DNA from: Polymyxa betae A26-41
Lineage: Eukaryota > Protista > Endomyxa: Phytomyxea
DNA: 64,000 bases
NCBI GenBank assembly: GCA_003693705.1
Contig: RBZT01000328.1
Span: 36,510 to 100,509, forward strand
Direction of reading: 5' to 3'
Within the stretch, counting starts at the first letter, position 1, and every line of letters begins with the position of its first letter. Below are positions 14,121 through 25,689 of the stretch, piece by piece. The notes beneath the pieces were generated by a model. The model ran no database searches. It saw only the letters and a list, made by a program, of their open reading frames with translations, and was not told where the DNA came from. A program made the translations under genes and the position numbers.

Positions 14121-14813
14121 TCAACTCGTAATGGGCTCCATTGTTGTCTGAGCCGTAGTTGTTATCATTTTGGAGATGCCAATCGGATTGCCTTCATTGA
14201 CTTGACCCGCGTATTTCGTCCTAATCTCAAGAACTCGTTTCTGTGTGGCGTAAAGACAGGACTCTAAGCAGGTGCTCTGATGCTCGAATCTATTCAAGTT
14301 TCCACCACATCCACCCCATTGGAAGGGAACGCATTCGCCCTGTTCAGTGGAGAAAGCATAGCGCTGGAAGTCACCCGTACAAATACCTGGATCGGGCTTT
14401 GCTGTACAGTATTCGTAAAAGGGGTCGTTAAACGGTAAGTTCATCATCATCTCTCGCACATAAGCTCGCTGCTGCTTTTTGTCATCTTCGTCTTCGCTCT
14501 CTTCGTCCGCTTGTTTATGATCTTGAGTTGTGCCGTTATCAGTTTGGTTTGGCGTGTTGCTGTATGATTCCTTATTGTGGTCAGTGTTTTGACCTTTCAT
14601 TGCTCTTTGTGATCTATCGTGCTGCTGTTCGCCAACATCTGTGTCGTTGTCTTGTTCCGAAAGAGCTTCAAAATCTATTCCCTTGTCTGATGCAGTTGCC
14701 AAATCGATCAGGTCACTTTCTTCATCATTGGCATCAATAAAGCCCGGATTCTGCAGTAGTAGGAATGCAATGCATAGATATGCAATAGCAGCGCCTGATT
14801 GATAGTATCCCAT
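14121..14813 (-). CDS. Secreted Kunitz/BPTI-domain protein with acidic linker
   Basis: Signal-peptide-like MGYYQSGAAIAYLCIAFLLL; six-Cys Kunitz domain CTAKPDPGIC...CVPFQWGGCGGNLNRF...CLESC; intronless. Confidence 0.9.
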   Translation of the reverse strand: MGYYQSGAAIAYLCIAFLLLQNPGFIDANDEESDLIDLATASDKGIDFEALSEQDNDTDVGEQQHDRSQRAMKGQNTDHNKESYSNTPNQTDNGTTQDHKQADEESEDEDDKKQQRAYVREMMMNLPFNDPFYEYCTAKPDPGICTGDFQRYAFSTEQGECVPFQWGGCGGNLNRFEHQSTCLESCLYATQKRVLEIRTKYAGQVNEGNPIGISKMITTTAQTTMEPITS

Positions 14814-15296
14814 TTGGTCCTGTGTTTTCCAAGTTTGTCCATCACTGCATTCAGGCCCTGTGACTATCCATTGGCTACTGCTACAAGAGATACGGGAGTC
14901 AGAATTATTGAACATTATCTGAAAAGATATCTTTATACAAGGGATCTTTGAATGTCGAGACTGTCCATCGCGCCGTGTTAACTTTTATTCAAGATCTCCA
15001 GCAGCTATGGTCCTATGTTGGCTGTTTCAATTTGATATTTGGAGCTTTCTATTTTAAATTTTAAGATATCTAGATCAGAAGAAGAAAAGGACAATCCTCT
15101 TCGTCAATCGAGAGAATTTGAAACCCTTCTGAGAATGAGGACTTGCTGGCCGCTCCAGGTCGGAATGTAAACCTTTCCGTCCATGATCCTTTTTGAGCCT
15201 TTAGGCTTTTTGCATCCTCTTTTTTCCAATCAAAACCTTTCGGATCTTGAGCTGAATTTCAGAATTAACACATTTGTTGTGAGCTATAAAGTCAAC

Positions 15297-17466
15297 TCAA
15301 CCTTCAACAAGCTGATCGTTCACATAATTCCTAGTAATTATCTCTCCGTTTGATAGGGAAATTACAGCCCGCCCATTTCTCAAGAAATCAATGAATTCAC
15401 CCTCGAATGACGTCCCATCGGCTAGGCGGCAGATTGCCTTGCCATTCAGCTTTCCGTCTGGGAGCAACACTTTACCAAAGCATTCGATTCCGCATCGATT
15501 ACGATTACCAATCCATTGACCCTCGATTGAGACTTTGGCATGAGCATAAAGGAATTTGCCCGAGCCAGTACGACGTCCTTGGACCCAATCGCCATCATAC
15601 ACGTTCCCGTTCTGGTATACCATGACACCGTTTCCATTGGCAACATCCTCCTCCCAATTGCCTGTATAGTCAGATCAATCCAGAGCGGACAGAGCTGTCT
15701 GTACTTCACGAACCGATGTACCTTCTCCTGCCAAAATTCAGCGCACCGAACCCAGATCGAGCTGATCGCAGGAAGCGCCCCGAATAAATCAATGACGTCT
15801 GGGACTGTGTATAGATACCATCACCCGACATTTCATCCTGTTCCCAGGCGCCCTACATTGCTTTAGCCTGCAATTATCATCAATAATTTGCAGCTCTTGC
15901 CGCATAAACGGTGCCATCGATCCAGGTCATGGTTCCTTGACCATGGCGATGTTCGCCTGAAACCTGGCCTTCATATCGCCCACCGTCTTTAAAATATAGA
16001 ACACCTGATCGACCATCCCCGCTGCTGCCACCAAAATCGCCTTCAAATCGTGTACCAGACTGTACGAATTGAATCTCACAGTGACCTATCAAAACTGACA
16101 TTACCCAAGGAAACACACTTTAGTAAAAGCCTGATTCGGAAATTACGAAACTAAATTCGGAAAATGCCAAAGATGGGAGCCTAATGGCGAAATACAGACC
16201 TGACAGCCATCCTTCTATCCAGGTTCCGATATGAATCTCTCCAATCTCACTATATGTAAGTCGACCTTGACCATGCGCAACCCCATTCCTAAAATACCCT
16301 TCATAATGATCTGTAACGTTGATCAATGATGATCTACAATGCCATAGAGAGGTAGACCCGACCTCCTCCAGACCAGAACATTCGTCCGAATCCCATGATG
16401 TTCCCATCGCAGAACTGACCACGGTACTGATTGCAGGCGGCGTCGGGGCCGTTATTCGATGATTGGGTCAGGACGCCAGAGCCCAAGATCCGCCCGTTGA
16501 AAAAGTCGCCTACATATCGGTCGCCGTTGCCGAACTCCAGCTCTCCACGTCCATGCTGGCAATTATGTCGCCAGGAGCCAGTATAGCGCATGCCTGTTGC
16601 TAAATCGACCATGACGCCGTATCCATTCACTAATTGAAGTCTCAGAAACGACACCAAGATATTCTGAAGTGTTTACACATATCATTCTTCCATTGACCCT
16701 CGAAGATCAAATTATCGATCTTATATCGCCCCTCGCCGTTTCGGGCACCGTCCATTAATGGCGCCCCGGTCCACTGCCCGTAGAAACGAGCCGGTGTTTG
16801 CTCTTCGACCTCATCGTCAAAATCATCCTCGTCATCATCCTCGTCCTCATCATCTTCGTCTTCTACCGTCGCCTCTTCTTGATTCGAGCTCACCTAAGAA
16901 GGCCGTAAATCAAAGACAATTTTGTGTTCGGGTTCAAATGCCTTTAGGGCATTAAACTGTTCGATCATGGCCTCCTCTGTTCGGTATCCAACACTGGCTC
17001 TTCTGAGACATGTCACCCATTTCTGACATTCTTCATCGTTCGATGCCTTCAGAGAGATCTTCGACTTGCCGGGATTAAAAATCGAGATGATGCCGGCGAC
17101 CTGGCCCCTGATAAGATAGCCCGAGTTTAAGATGCAAAAAATCTCTTGGCGAGAGGTTTTTTCGTCCGAAACAAGCAGCTGGCTGCCTTTCAGCTGAAAG
17201 TAACGCTTGGTCCAGGATTCTGATGGTTTGCTGCCAGATGCTGCTGCTGTGTATCCATATTGACAGACCATGAGCTCTCCTTCAATAATGATAAAGTCGG
17301 GGGTTTTCTGACATCCTGAAAGAGGTGATATCAGAAGATCTGAGGGATCTGTCCGCTGAGGCGGCTGCCCTAACAGAGCCAATGCTGGCGGTTTAACCTT
17401 AGTTGCCTGCATACAGAACACGTAGCCTGAAAGCTTTACTTGGGCATGCGCCAAAGCAGCCCTCAA
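15297..17466 (-). CDS. PH-domain plus MORN-repeat protein (5' end uncertain)
   Basis: PH motifs WTKRYFQL and LKASNDEECQKWVTCL; many YxGxWxxGxxHGxG MORN repeats across exons. Confidence 0.85.
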
Positions 17467-17749
17467 AAAATCTCATTTATGAGGTAATTCCATTTTATTT
17501 TCATGGTTTTACTAGTAAGCTGATGGCGATAAACATTTATTTATGTTTTAACCTTGAAGAGACAGTTGCCAAATCAACTGTAGCCAATTGATGCTACGAA
17601 GTAAATGGGATTCGTTCCTTTTGTTTGTTAAGGTTGTTCAGGGTTTTGTGGGTTGAGCATCGACAGTAACGCGCGGCCTTCCTCGTTAGATTGTCAATTT
17701 TGAAGAAGTTTCGAAGTTCATTTGGGTGGTGAAGCCTTGGTCAGTTTGG

Positions 17750-18968
17750 ATGCAATGTAAGCAACACAATCCTCTTTGGCTACCAAACCAGCCACATAAC
17801 TCCTGTTATTTGCTTTGCCCTCAAGCTGAACTGGATTTGGACAACACTGAGCGTGTCTGCCTACCCAGCCATCAGTATATCGGGTTCACCAATAACCCCC
17901 CTCGTCGCCTTCGTCAGCATAATCGCGAGATCAAGGGTGGTGCTCGACATACTTCTCGCTTGGCTCCTTGGCAGATGATTTGTGTCATTGTTGGATTTCC
18001 TACACAAACTGCAGCCCTTCAATTTGAATGGGCCTGGCAGGTCGTGGTGCACGTCAATATCCATTCAATTCCCGATTCATAGTCTTTCAGCATCCCAGAC
18101 ATAGTAGCCGTTTGCGACCAATTTATGGGCAATTTACGACATGGCTTCGGCGTTCAGGAAGTAATGTTCGGAAGCGTCAGAGTGGCGTTCATGGCACAGC
18201 AATAGGCGTTACGTCATTGTTTGCTAAATTTGCTCTTCTACATTCTATGATTCAAATATCGCCATGGTCACATTTCGATCTTCATCTTAGGTTTCCGGCT
18301 GCCCTGCTTGATTATTTGTCACACATCTCACTTAAGCCTGCAGGTATCTCCACCCTTTATGCAATTTGTTCCTCGAGGTGTGTCCAGACCTAATTGAAAA
18401 CGTGAAGCTGTCGTCAGCAACGTACTCCTTTGGATATTTCACAGATATCATGCTGCTGTCGTTTGCCAGCTCCGCTATTGATGATGGTGCTGTTCCGTAT
18501 TTTACTGCTATCAACATTGTAATATTTTGTTCAGAAGATATCGACGAACAGACGGACAAGAAATGTCATCTTTGTTTTAATCATAAAACCAGTGCTGTGA
18601 GTAATGGAATGCGTTTTATGGAAATTCTGATAGATCAGTTTCAGACTAAATTCGGTTGCTGTGAACATTGTAAATGTATCATGCATATTACTTGTCTGTG
18701 GATATCTTCGCTTCGCGACCAGTTGTTACCTTCACAAGTAATTTGCCCTAAGTGCAATGAATCAGTTTCGTGGTCGACATTCCTTGGCAGAAACAAGTTC
18801 GTTTGTAGCATCCATCATGTATCGTTTCCCTTAGTCCATGACAGAGAAATTATTGCAGACGTGTCGCTCGCGACCTTGATCAAAGACCAGCCCGGCTCTG
18901 ACCATGAAAACCGTTCAGATCCCACTAACTATTACGACCTTGTCAGCGATTGCGATTCAGAAGATTGA
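17750..18968 (+). CDS. SLX1: Structure-specific endonuclease subunit Slx1 (GIY-YIG plus RING-variant)
   Basis: CYLL...[31 protein letters not shown]; C-terminal CHLC...HITCL...CPKC. Confidence 0.92.
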
Positions 18969-19253
18969 TTCCCCGATCTATAAAGTGCAAACATTATAAA
19001 TATTGAGTAATCCAATGGACATCGCATGTAAGCAGATATGCAAATAGCGAATCAGAATAGTATATGACTGAATAACTGTATAGAATGCCATTAGATCAGA
19101 ATACGAAAGATTTTATCGTGATTCACACAAATATCATCTATCTCACCATCTGACTGTAAATTGAAATTGCGCGCCTTGTTATCATCAGATTCAATACGAT
19201 TCTCCTTGTTAGCTCTATCTTCGTACCCTCGACCGCGATTACCTTTACTGGCG

Positions 19254-20662
19254 ATGTTGGACGAACAACAGCTTCTGGGCATGCCCAGGCGCGAACTCCA
19301 AGATCTTGCTAAGGCCAACGGGATTCGTGCCAACCTTAAGGTGCCTTACAAATCCTACTGATTTAGTCGCCTGTTTTTATAGTTGATCCTTTAGTCATCT
19401 GAAATTATAAAGAAGCTGCTTTCGTCAAAGGAAATCAAAAGTGTCGACGAAAACTCTGTTGAAAACATTGGCGATGAAAATGGTGCTTCTGGCGATGCCG
19501 ACAAGGGTATAGATTCGGGTCTTATAAAGCATTCAGATCAAGGAGAAGGCTCCGAACCATCAGAAGCTGGTATGAAAGAACAGATACCTGATAAGGCTCA
19601 GATCGACCCTAAATGCCCCGCTCTAAAAGACCAATTAGAATCTGCAAGAGAAGGCTCCGAATCACCAGAAGCCGATTTGAAAGAACAGATACCAGTTTCT
19701 GAGCCTCAGATTGATCCTCAACGCCCCGCTATAGAGAACCAGTTAGAATCTGAAGGAGAAGGCTCCGAACCATCAGAAGCTGAAATGACAGAACAGATAC
19801 CTGATTCTGAGACTCAGATTGAGCCTCAATTCCCCGCTTTAAAAAATCAGTTAGAATCTGCGAAAGAGGAAATTATAAATCCGGTTGCCAACCCTGTGTC
19901 TGATATCTTTCCGGAAAATGAAGGATCTCAGGAAGAGAACTCTGTAAATGGACCTGCTCTTTCTGCTGCCTTTTCATCGCTTTCTCCCCGATCTGTTCAT
20001 GTTTCCGATCAAGAGCCTGAATGCGAAGAGGCGAATTCTGGTAATGATATGGAACGGGATGTCGTGAAAGAATCATCGCGAGCTGATGCTGAAGTGTCAG
20101 AGAATGTTCAGGAAGCTCTAGACACATATAGGAAGATAGCTATGGAATCGTCTGCTGCATTAGATAACCATGGCTGCAAAATTCCAGAAACTCCAGCCTC
20201 TAAAAAAACTGCTGTCTCGACCCAGAAGAAAGCTACTGGCAAGAATGACCCGGCTTCTGCCAAAACAATCAAACCAAAGTTTGATCTACAAGAAAGTCTC
20301 TCTAGACCAATTAACTGGGAAATGAAGAAAGGTCGGTTTTGGCAATTGCGATTACATCTGCTATCCAGCCTATTTTATGTTCACTTAGGTCCCCTACCGC
20401 CGGTTTCCGTTCAGATTTTAGAGGATCCAAACCGCCTATGCCTTTGGTCGCCATCCAGAATGGCTGAACGGAAAAAAGAATTCAAGAATAACGATTTTGG
20501 CGGTACGAAGAGGCGACTGGAGGGATATCTGGCTGATGGTTAGCTAAATCACTTGTTCTGAATACCTTGACATTCAATTCGTATAGGACGTTCAAAGCTT
20601 AGCGAAACGGTTCGTGATCACAGAAAAGCTCAAGAAGCAATTGAGGTTCAAGATAAATTATA
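19254..20662 (+). CDS. NuSAP-like microtubule/chromatin-associated protein
   Basis: N-terminal SAP-like RRELQDLAKANGIRANLK; C-terminal KPKFDLQESLSRPINW(EM)KKG resembling the NuSAP conserved motif. Confidence 0.65.
19545..19865 (+). repeat. Coding tandem repeat, 3 x 105-108 bp
   Basis: gaaggctccgaa units start at 19545, 19650 and 19758, encoding EGSEPSEA...EQIP...QIDP...PALKxQLES. Confidence 0.9.
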
Positions 20663-20713
20663 AATTTTATACTTGTGATGGTAGATTTATACAGTATTTG
20701 ACAATGTCGTCTA

Positions 20714-21597
20714 TCAATTAATGTTGATATTCCTGTATCCTGACATCAGATTTCCGGATGCTTTGGATGAGATTCTTGACCCTTGGGATTCTAGCACTGC
20801 CATATAATCAGCCATAGCTAATCTTGACTCTCCCGCCTTTTGGTATGCTTCTGCACGAGCCTTCAGTAGCTCATTGCTATGAGGTCGCTCATCCAGTGCC
20901 AATGTGTAATCATCAATCGCATCGGCGTAATTTTTCAGAGCAAAATTGACGGTTGCACGTTCAATGAACACCTGAACGGGTACAGGAGCCAAATCAACAC
21001 ATTCATTTAGCAGAACCAATGCCTTATCGTAATGTCCCGTCTCTGAGAACAAGGTAGCCTTTGGCAGTAGAAGATCCAGCAAACTGTACTCAGAGTAAGT
21101 GCAACGAATCCCAAATTCTGACAAATGTTGTACGATTACCTTTTCTTAGTTCTCACGTGGGTTCCAGAAATTGAGATGGCTTTCCGGAAATCAGCAATGG
21201 CCTTCTCAATATTGCCTAACTGCTTATAGGCAACTCCTCTGTTGTGATACGTTGATGCGAATTCAGGATTTAGCTCGATGGATCGGTTGAAATCGTCAAT
21301 ACTGGCATGCGTCATTCGGAGCTTCTGGCGTAGATAACCACGATCGAAATAGGTGTGAAAGTCGTCAGGGTTGAGATCGATCGAAATGTTATAATGCCAC
21401 ATGGCTTTCTCGTAATCACGTTTAGCGAAATGACATTCGGCGATGTAGTAATGGATTTTAGAAGAAAGAGCCGGTGTCAAGTTACGATCCAGGCTTAAAG
21501 ATTCTTCGAAATAAGCTGCTGCTTCTTCAATTTGTTTAGCCTTGAACAAGGTCACACCAGTGTCGAAGCGAGAGCATCGCGATTCATCTGATAACAT
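20714..21597 (-). CDS. Tetratricopeptide repeat protein
   Basis: Multiple TPR motifs (e.g. ASTYHNRGVAYKQLGNIEKAIADFRKAI) in two exons. Confidence 0.85.
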
Positions 21598-21955
21598 TTA
21601 AATTAATGATCAGAGATCAATTAGAGTTTTGGACTGTTTAGTTGCTCATCTAACACCTAGGGTCATCATAGAATGATCTGGTGACTCATCGTGAAAGTGA
21701 GAGTTGACTAATTTCGAAAACCCCACCAGACTAACCGAACTGAAATACTGATATCTTGCGAGAATAGATATATATTATAATCGTTGATCTGATGCTTTTA
21801 ATATTAGAAAGCAGTAAAACGAACAATTGAAGGGCGCTTATCAACAAACAGCACGATACAGAACTTTCACCAATGTTGTTCTGATTGTGATAGTAATAAA
21901 TCGAACTGTTGAATAGATAGCTGTATATGATGTAACATAATTTGCTATCATTCTC

Positions 21956-22632
21956 TTGCGATATTTTCGATGTCGTTCTCTTATAAGCTGGATTTCGTCC
22001 TGGGCCAGATCACGAATCCGATCAATCTTGGCAGCGACTCTCTTCCGCTTACGAAAATCGTCTGAGCATATCGATCGATGGCAGAGCTCTGGAATCGGGC
22101 AGATGACCGGGCGCTTCTCTTCTATGGGTTCCAGCATTACAGGCCAGATAACCGGCGACAACTGCTTCAGCGACATAAACACATGAATACGTGATGCAGA
22201 TAACAGCTGTGTGGATCAGGTAGATAGGCAGAGAAATGAAGCCCGAGAACGCTTGAGTGAAGATTTTTCTTTTATCAAAACTGACCAAAAAACCCTCACG
22301 ACTGGACTTGACAACTACGGGACTCACGCGGCGCACTATTTTCGGCTCGGTCAACAAGTGGTATACTCACGAGTGACATCCTCATTCCGTCATCCCTCCA
22401 TACATTCGGCATTTTCGCTCATTATGTCCAATATGTGGCCAACATGACAAAGCCCGATCCGAGTTATAAATAACTGCATATTCTGGAAGTTTCTGTGCCC
22501 ACGCCGAGTGCAGACCGGCCGGTATGGATTCAGGGGAGCTGTTTCGGGAACCGAATCGATCGCATTCTTACGTGGGGGAGCGGTTTGTATTAAAGCCTCG
22601 ACACACAATACAGCAATCCCTGTACGGTACAA
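21956..22632 (-). CDS. Hypothetical multi-exon protein (boundaries uncertain)
   Basis: Chain of minus-strand ORFs with intron-like gaps; basic C-terminal segment RKRKRVAAKIDRIR. Confidence 0.35.
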
Positions 22633-23092
22633 GGTATTGGGTTTGTCCAGTCAAAGAGTCTAAGCAGCCTGCTCTTCATTCAAACCTGTTATTCTGTACT
22701 GTGTATGTTCAGTTTTGTATGTAACAAAAACTACAAAGTGATGTATTGGAGACAGAATCTGGTATTAAATTACCAGGAGTCGTCCAACTGCCTTGCAATT
22801 ATTGGTAGTGGAAGATCCCAAAATCATTGAAGATAATCAGCCATGCCATTGAATGTTGAAATTTAGTTTTCAAAAAATGACGAAATAGACATACAGTTGG
22901 CAGAGAAATGTCTAAAATGCAACAATTTAAAAAAAATGATGTATTGGCAGTGAGTAACAGTTATACAGACACAGTGGGATACTTTGACCGTCCCAATCTG
23001 TATTTCCGCACCTAAATACCCGTTAAGAAAGCTTTTTCAACCGGCAACTTTTCAAGAAGTCTGTGTGCATCAAGCCTCTCTGAATATCAACC

Positions 23093-23525
23093 ATGTGTAA
23101 GCTCTGCTAATTGTCAAGAGCTCAATTCTGAAGATACAACAGCTTCGTGTGTTTGCCCTGCATGCAAATGTGCTGCCATGAATTTGGGCGTTCCCGCTGA
23201 ATGCAGTCAAGATTGTCGGTGCTGTCTTCTTATTGGAATGCTTTGTTTCTAATGTTGTTTAGGTGGTAACTGCTCGTGCCAATCTGGTTGCTCTTGCCCG
23301 TCATGTCCTACCAACAATAAGAGTTCTGAAGGCTGTGGCTGTGCGAGAACCGGGAAATGCATCTGTGGCCCTTTGTGCACCTCATTAGCTTGCCCTGCTA
23401 AAATTAAGCAAGTTGTTCTCGATAATTGCAATTGTGCTCAATCTGGCGTTTGCCAATGTGGACCTAATTGTGGATGCTCTGGCTGTCCATGCAAGCAGGC
23501 TGAAGGTGTTTTCTCAGAAAGTTAA
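23093..23525 (+). CDS. Metallothionein-like cysteine-rich protein (about 112-115 aa, 25-27 Cys), absent from the ORF track
   Basis: Manual splice: ATG-T, intron 23097-23142, exon, intron 23215 (or 23224)-23262, exon to TAA 23525; gives MSSCVCPACKC...CSCQSGCSCPSC...CGC...CICG...CNC...CQCGPNCGCSGCPC; no signal peptide and almost no aromatic residues. Confidence 0.85.
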
Positions 23526-23576
23526 TCGCATTTGTACATGAACCAATAAACGTTAGTTGCCTGCTTAAGCATATAT

Positions 23577-25650
23577 TTAATTCCTTATATTTTGGTTCAA
23601 TTCGACTTGAACAGCAGAATGATTGATATCGGATCCAGATTTTAAAGACTCCAATCCTGCCTTTGGATGGAGCAAGGAAGGTGGAGTCAATAATGCCAGT
23701 CCGTACAGGGAAAAGCTTAGAATGAATAAAACCAGGAACGGCATGTATGGTGCTTTCATTCTGATGGAAAAGTCCCAAAGTGTTCCAATTAGTACTGGCC
23801 CAAGGCTTCTGCTCACACAAGCTAATGTTTGGCCGAGACCGTTGACAGCACCGCGATTTTCACTCGAAGCTGAATTATTGACGAGCAAATCTAGAATCGA
23901 GTGATAAGGTGATGAATGTGAATGATTAACACTCTACTGACTGCTGCATGTGAATGATGTGGTTGTTGGAAGACCCACTATTAGCATCAAAGGGATCGTT
24001 GTAGCCCAATGACCAATAGGAAACACATTGGCTGTATATAAGCAGGCCAGTGGTAGTAAAAGCGAAAATGATAGCAATATTGAGGCTAACCTCAGTAATG
24101 ATATTATCCCGAATCTGGAAAAGAGTGCTCAGTTAAAGAATGGGAGAGCAGATATAATTACTTCTTGGCCAGCTTTGGATAGCAGAACATCTGGAATGCA
24201 CATAATGCAGCTCCCTCAACTGCGAATAAAACGCCAACCTGATATGAGAAACGGTGTAAGATTCTTATATAGATGTATTCAAAAACTCACCTCTGTAGAA
24301 GACATTCCTAATGCCTGAAACAATATGGGCAAAAGAGTTACAGTGGCGATATGAAGCTAAGAGCAGAGTTATTCAAAGCCAGCCAGCCACATTTGCAATA
24401 TCAGCATACAATACAAACTGTGGCGTAAGTGATTGTTGCAAGCACAACTCCTCGATCTCGAATTATTGCCTTGGCCAGATTTTACGAATGGCTTTGAACA
24501 GTTAATAAATTTTTACCGAAATGGAGTCTTGGGATGGCTCTTTCGCCATTGCATTGGTAGCAGAACAATCAGCACACCTGATGGATCCGGACTGCTTTTT
24601 GTTAAGGAATGCTGATGTTTCAGGAAGGAAGATGAAGCTGAGAACAAAAACTATTGCAGCAAACACAGCGCTAAGCAGGTGTTGTGTTTAATCGCTTGTC
24701 ATCCTCATTCCAACCGTACCGACCTTACAATCCCAGGCAAGAAAGCATAAGGCATTCCAGGGGCTTTACCCCCTAGGATGCCACCTGCTAGAGGGGAAAC
24801 CACAGACGCTGCCGCATACACTACTGCAATAAATGCAAAAGCGGATGCCTGGTTTTCTGATGTAGTAACCTTGACTTAGCTGAGCACTAAACTAGTGAAA
24901 CAGCTCATCATACCTCGCCAAGGTACGATTTCAGAACTCCAAGATTGCCTTCGGACCCATTAGCAAAACATAGAATGGCCCGCCACTGAAATCAACCCTA
25001 CCATTCAGCAGCCCGATAAGGAATCTTACTGCCAATGCATACATAAACGTGTTGGACACGGCAAATAGGGCTGTAGCTACAATAGAAGCAGCCGTTCCCG
25101 AAAGAAGAACCGGACGGCGACCTAAATTAGCAGGAAACAGAAATCGGGATTGATAAATGATATTGTATCTCTTCTTACCAATTTTGTCGCTCGCCCAACC
25201 CCAGAGGAAACTTGAAAAGAAGGCAGCAAGGAAGAAAGAACCAGATAATATACCCGAGCTTCGACCGACTTGAGTCGCCAGTTCCTCGGCAGTTATAAAA
25301 GGCTGATCCTTGGCGTAAAATTCAGACACAATGTAGGGCATAATGGATACCCTGAGCATTGTTCAATGCAGCTAGGTAGCATGGTTAGCGAACTGACATA
25401 ATTGTCCCTTGAACAGCTTCTAAAGCCTGTATCAAGCCCAAAGAAAAGTACAGATACGGTGTCATGGACGAAGCACCTTGTCTCGGGAAACATGACAGCA
25501 TAGTTTGTTTTGAAATTCGATAACAGATTTGAGCTAAATCTCAATAAACGGAAGCCAGTGACGCGATCTGTTGGTGAAGGAGAAATACAGGATATGATAG
25601 ATCGAACGTCAGAAAGACCCGGAAGGTCGGGTCAGTGGATTGAGCCACTA
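23577..25650 (-). CDS. MFS transporter, zinc-induced-facilitator (ZIF/ZIFL)/YCR023C-like (5' end approximate)
   Basis: FLWGWASDKIGRRPVLL (MFS motif A), RFLIGLLNG, LVNNSASSENRGAVNGLGQT. Confidence 0.8.
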
Positions 25651-25689
25651 ATGATACGGATAATATTGCGTCTGACCCGTCAAGCCTTC

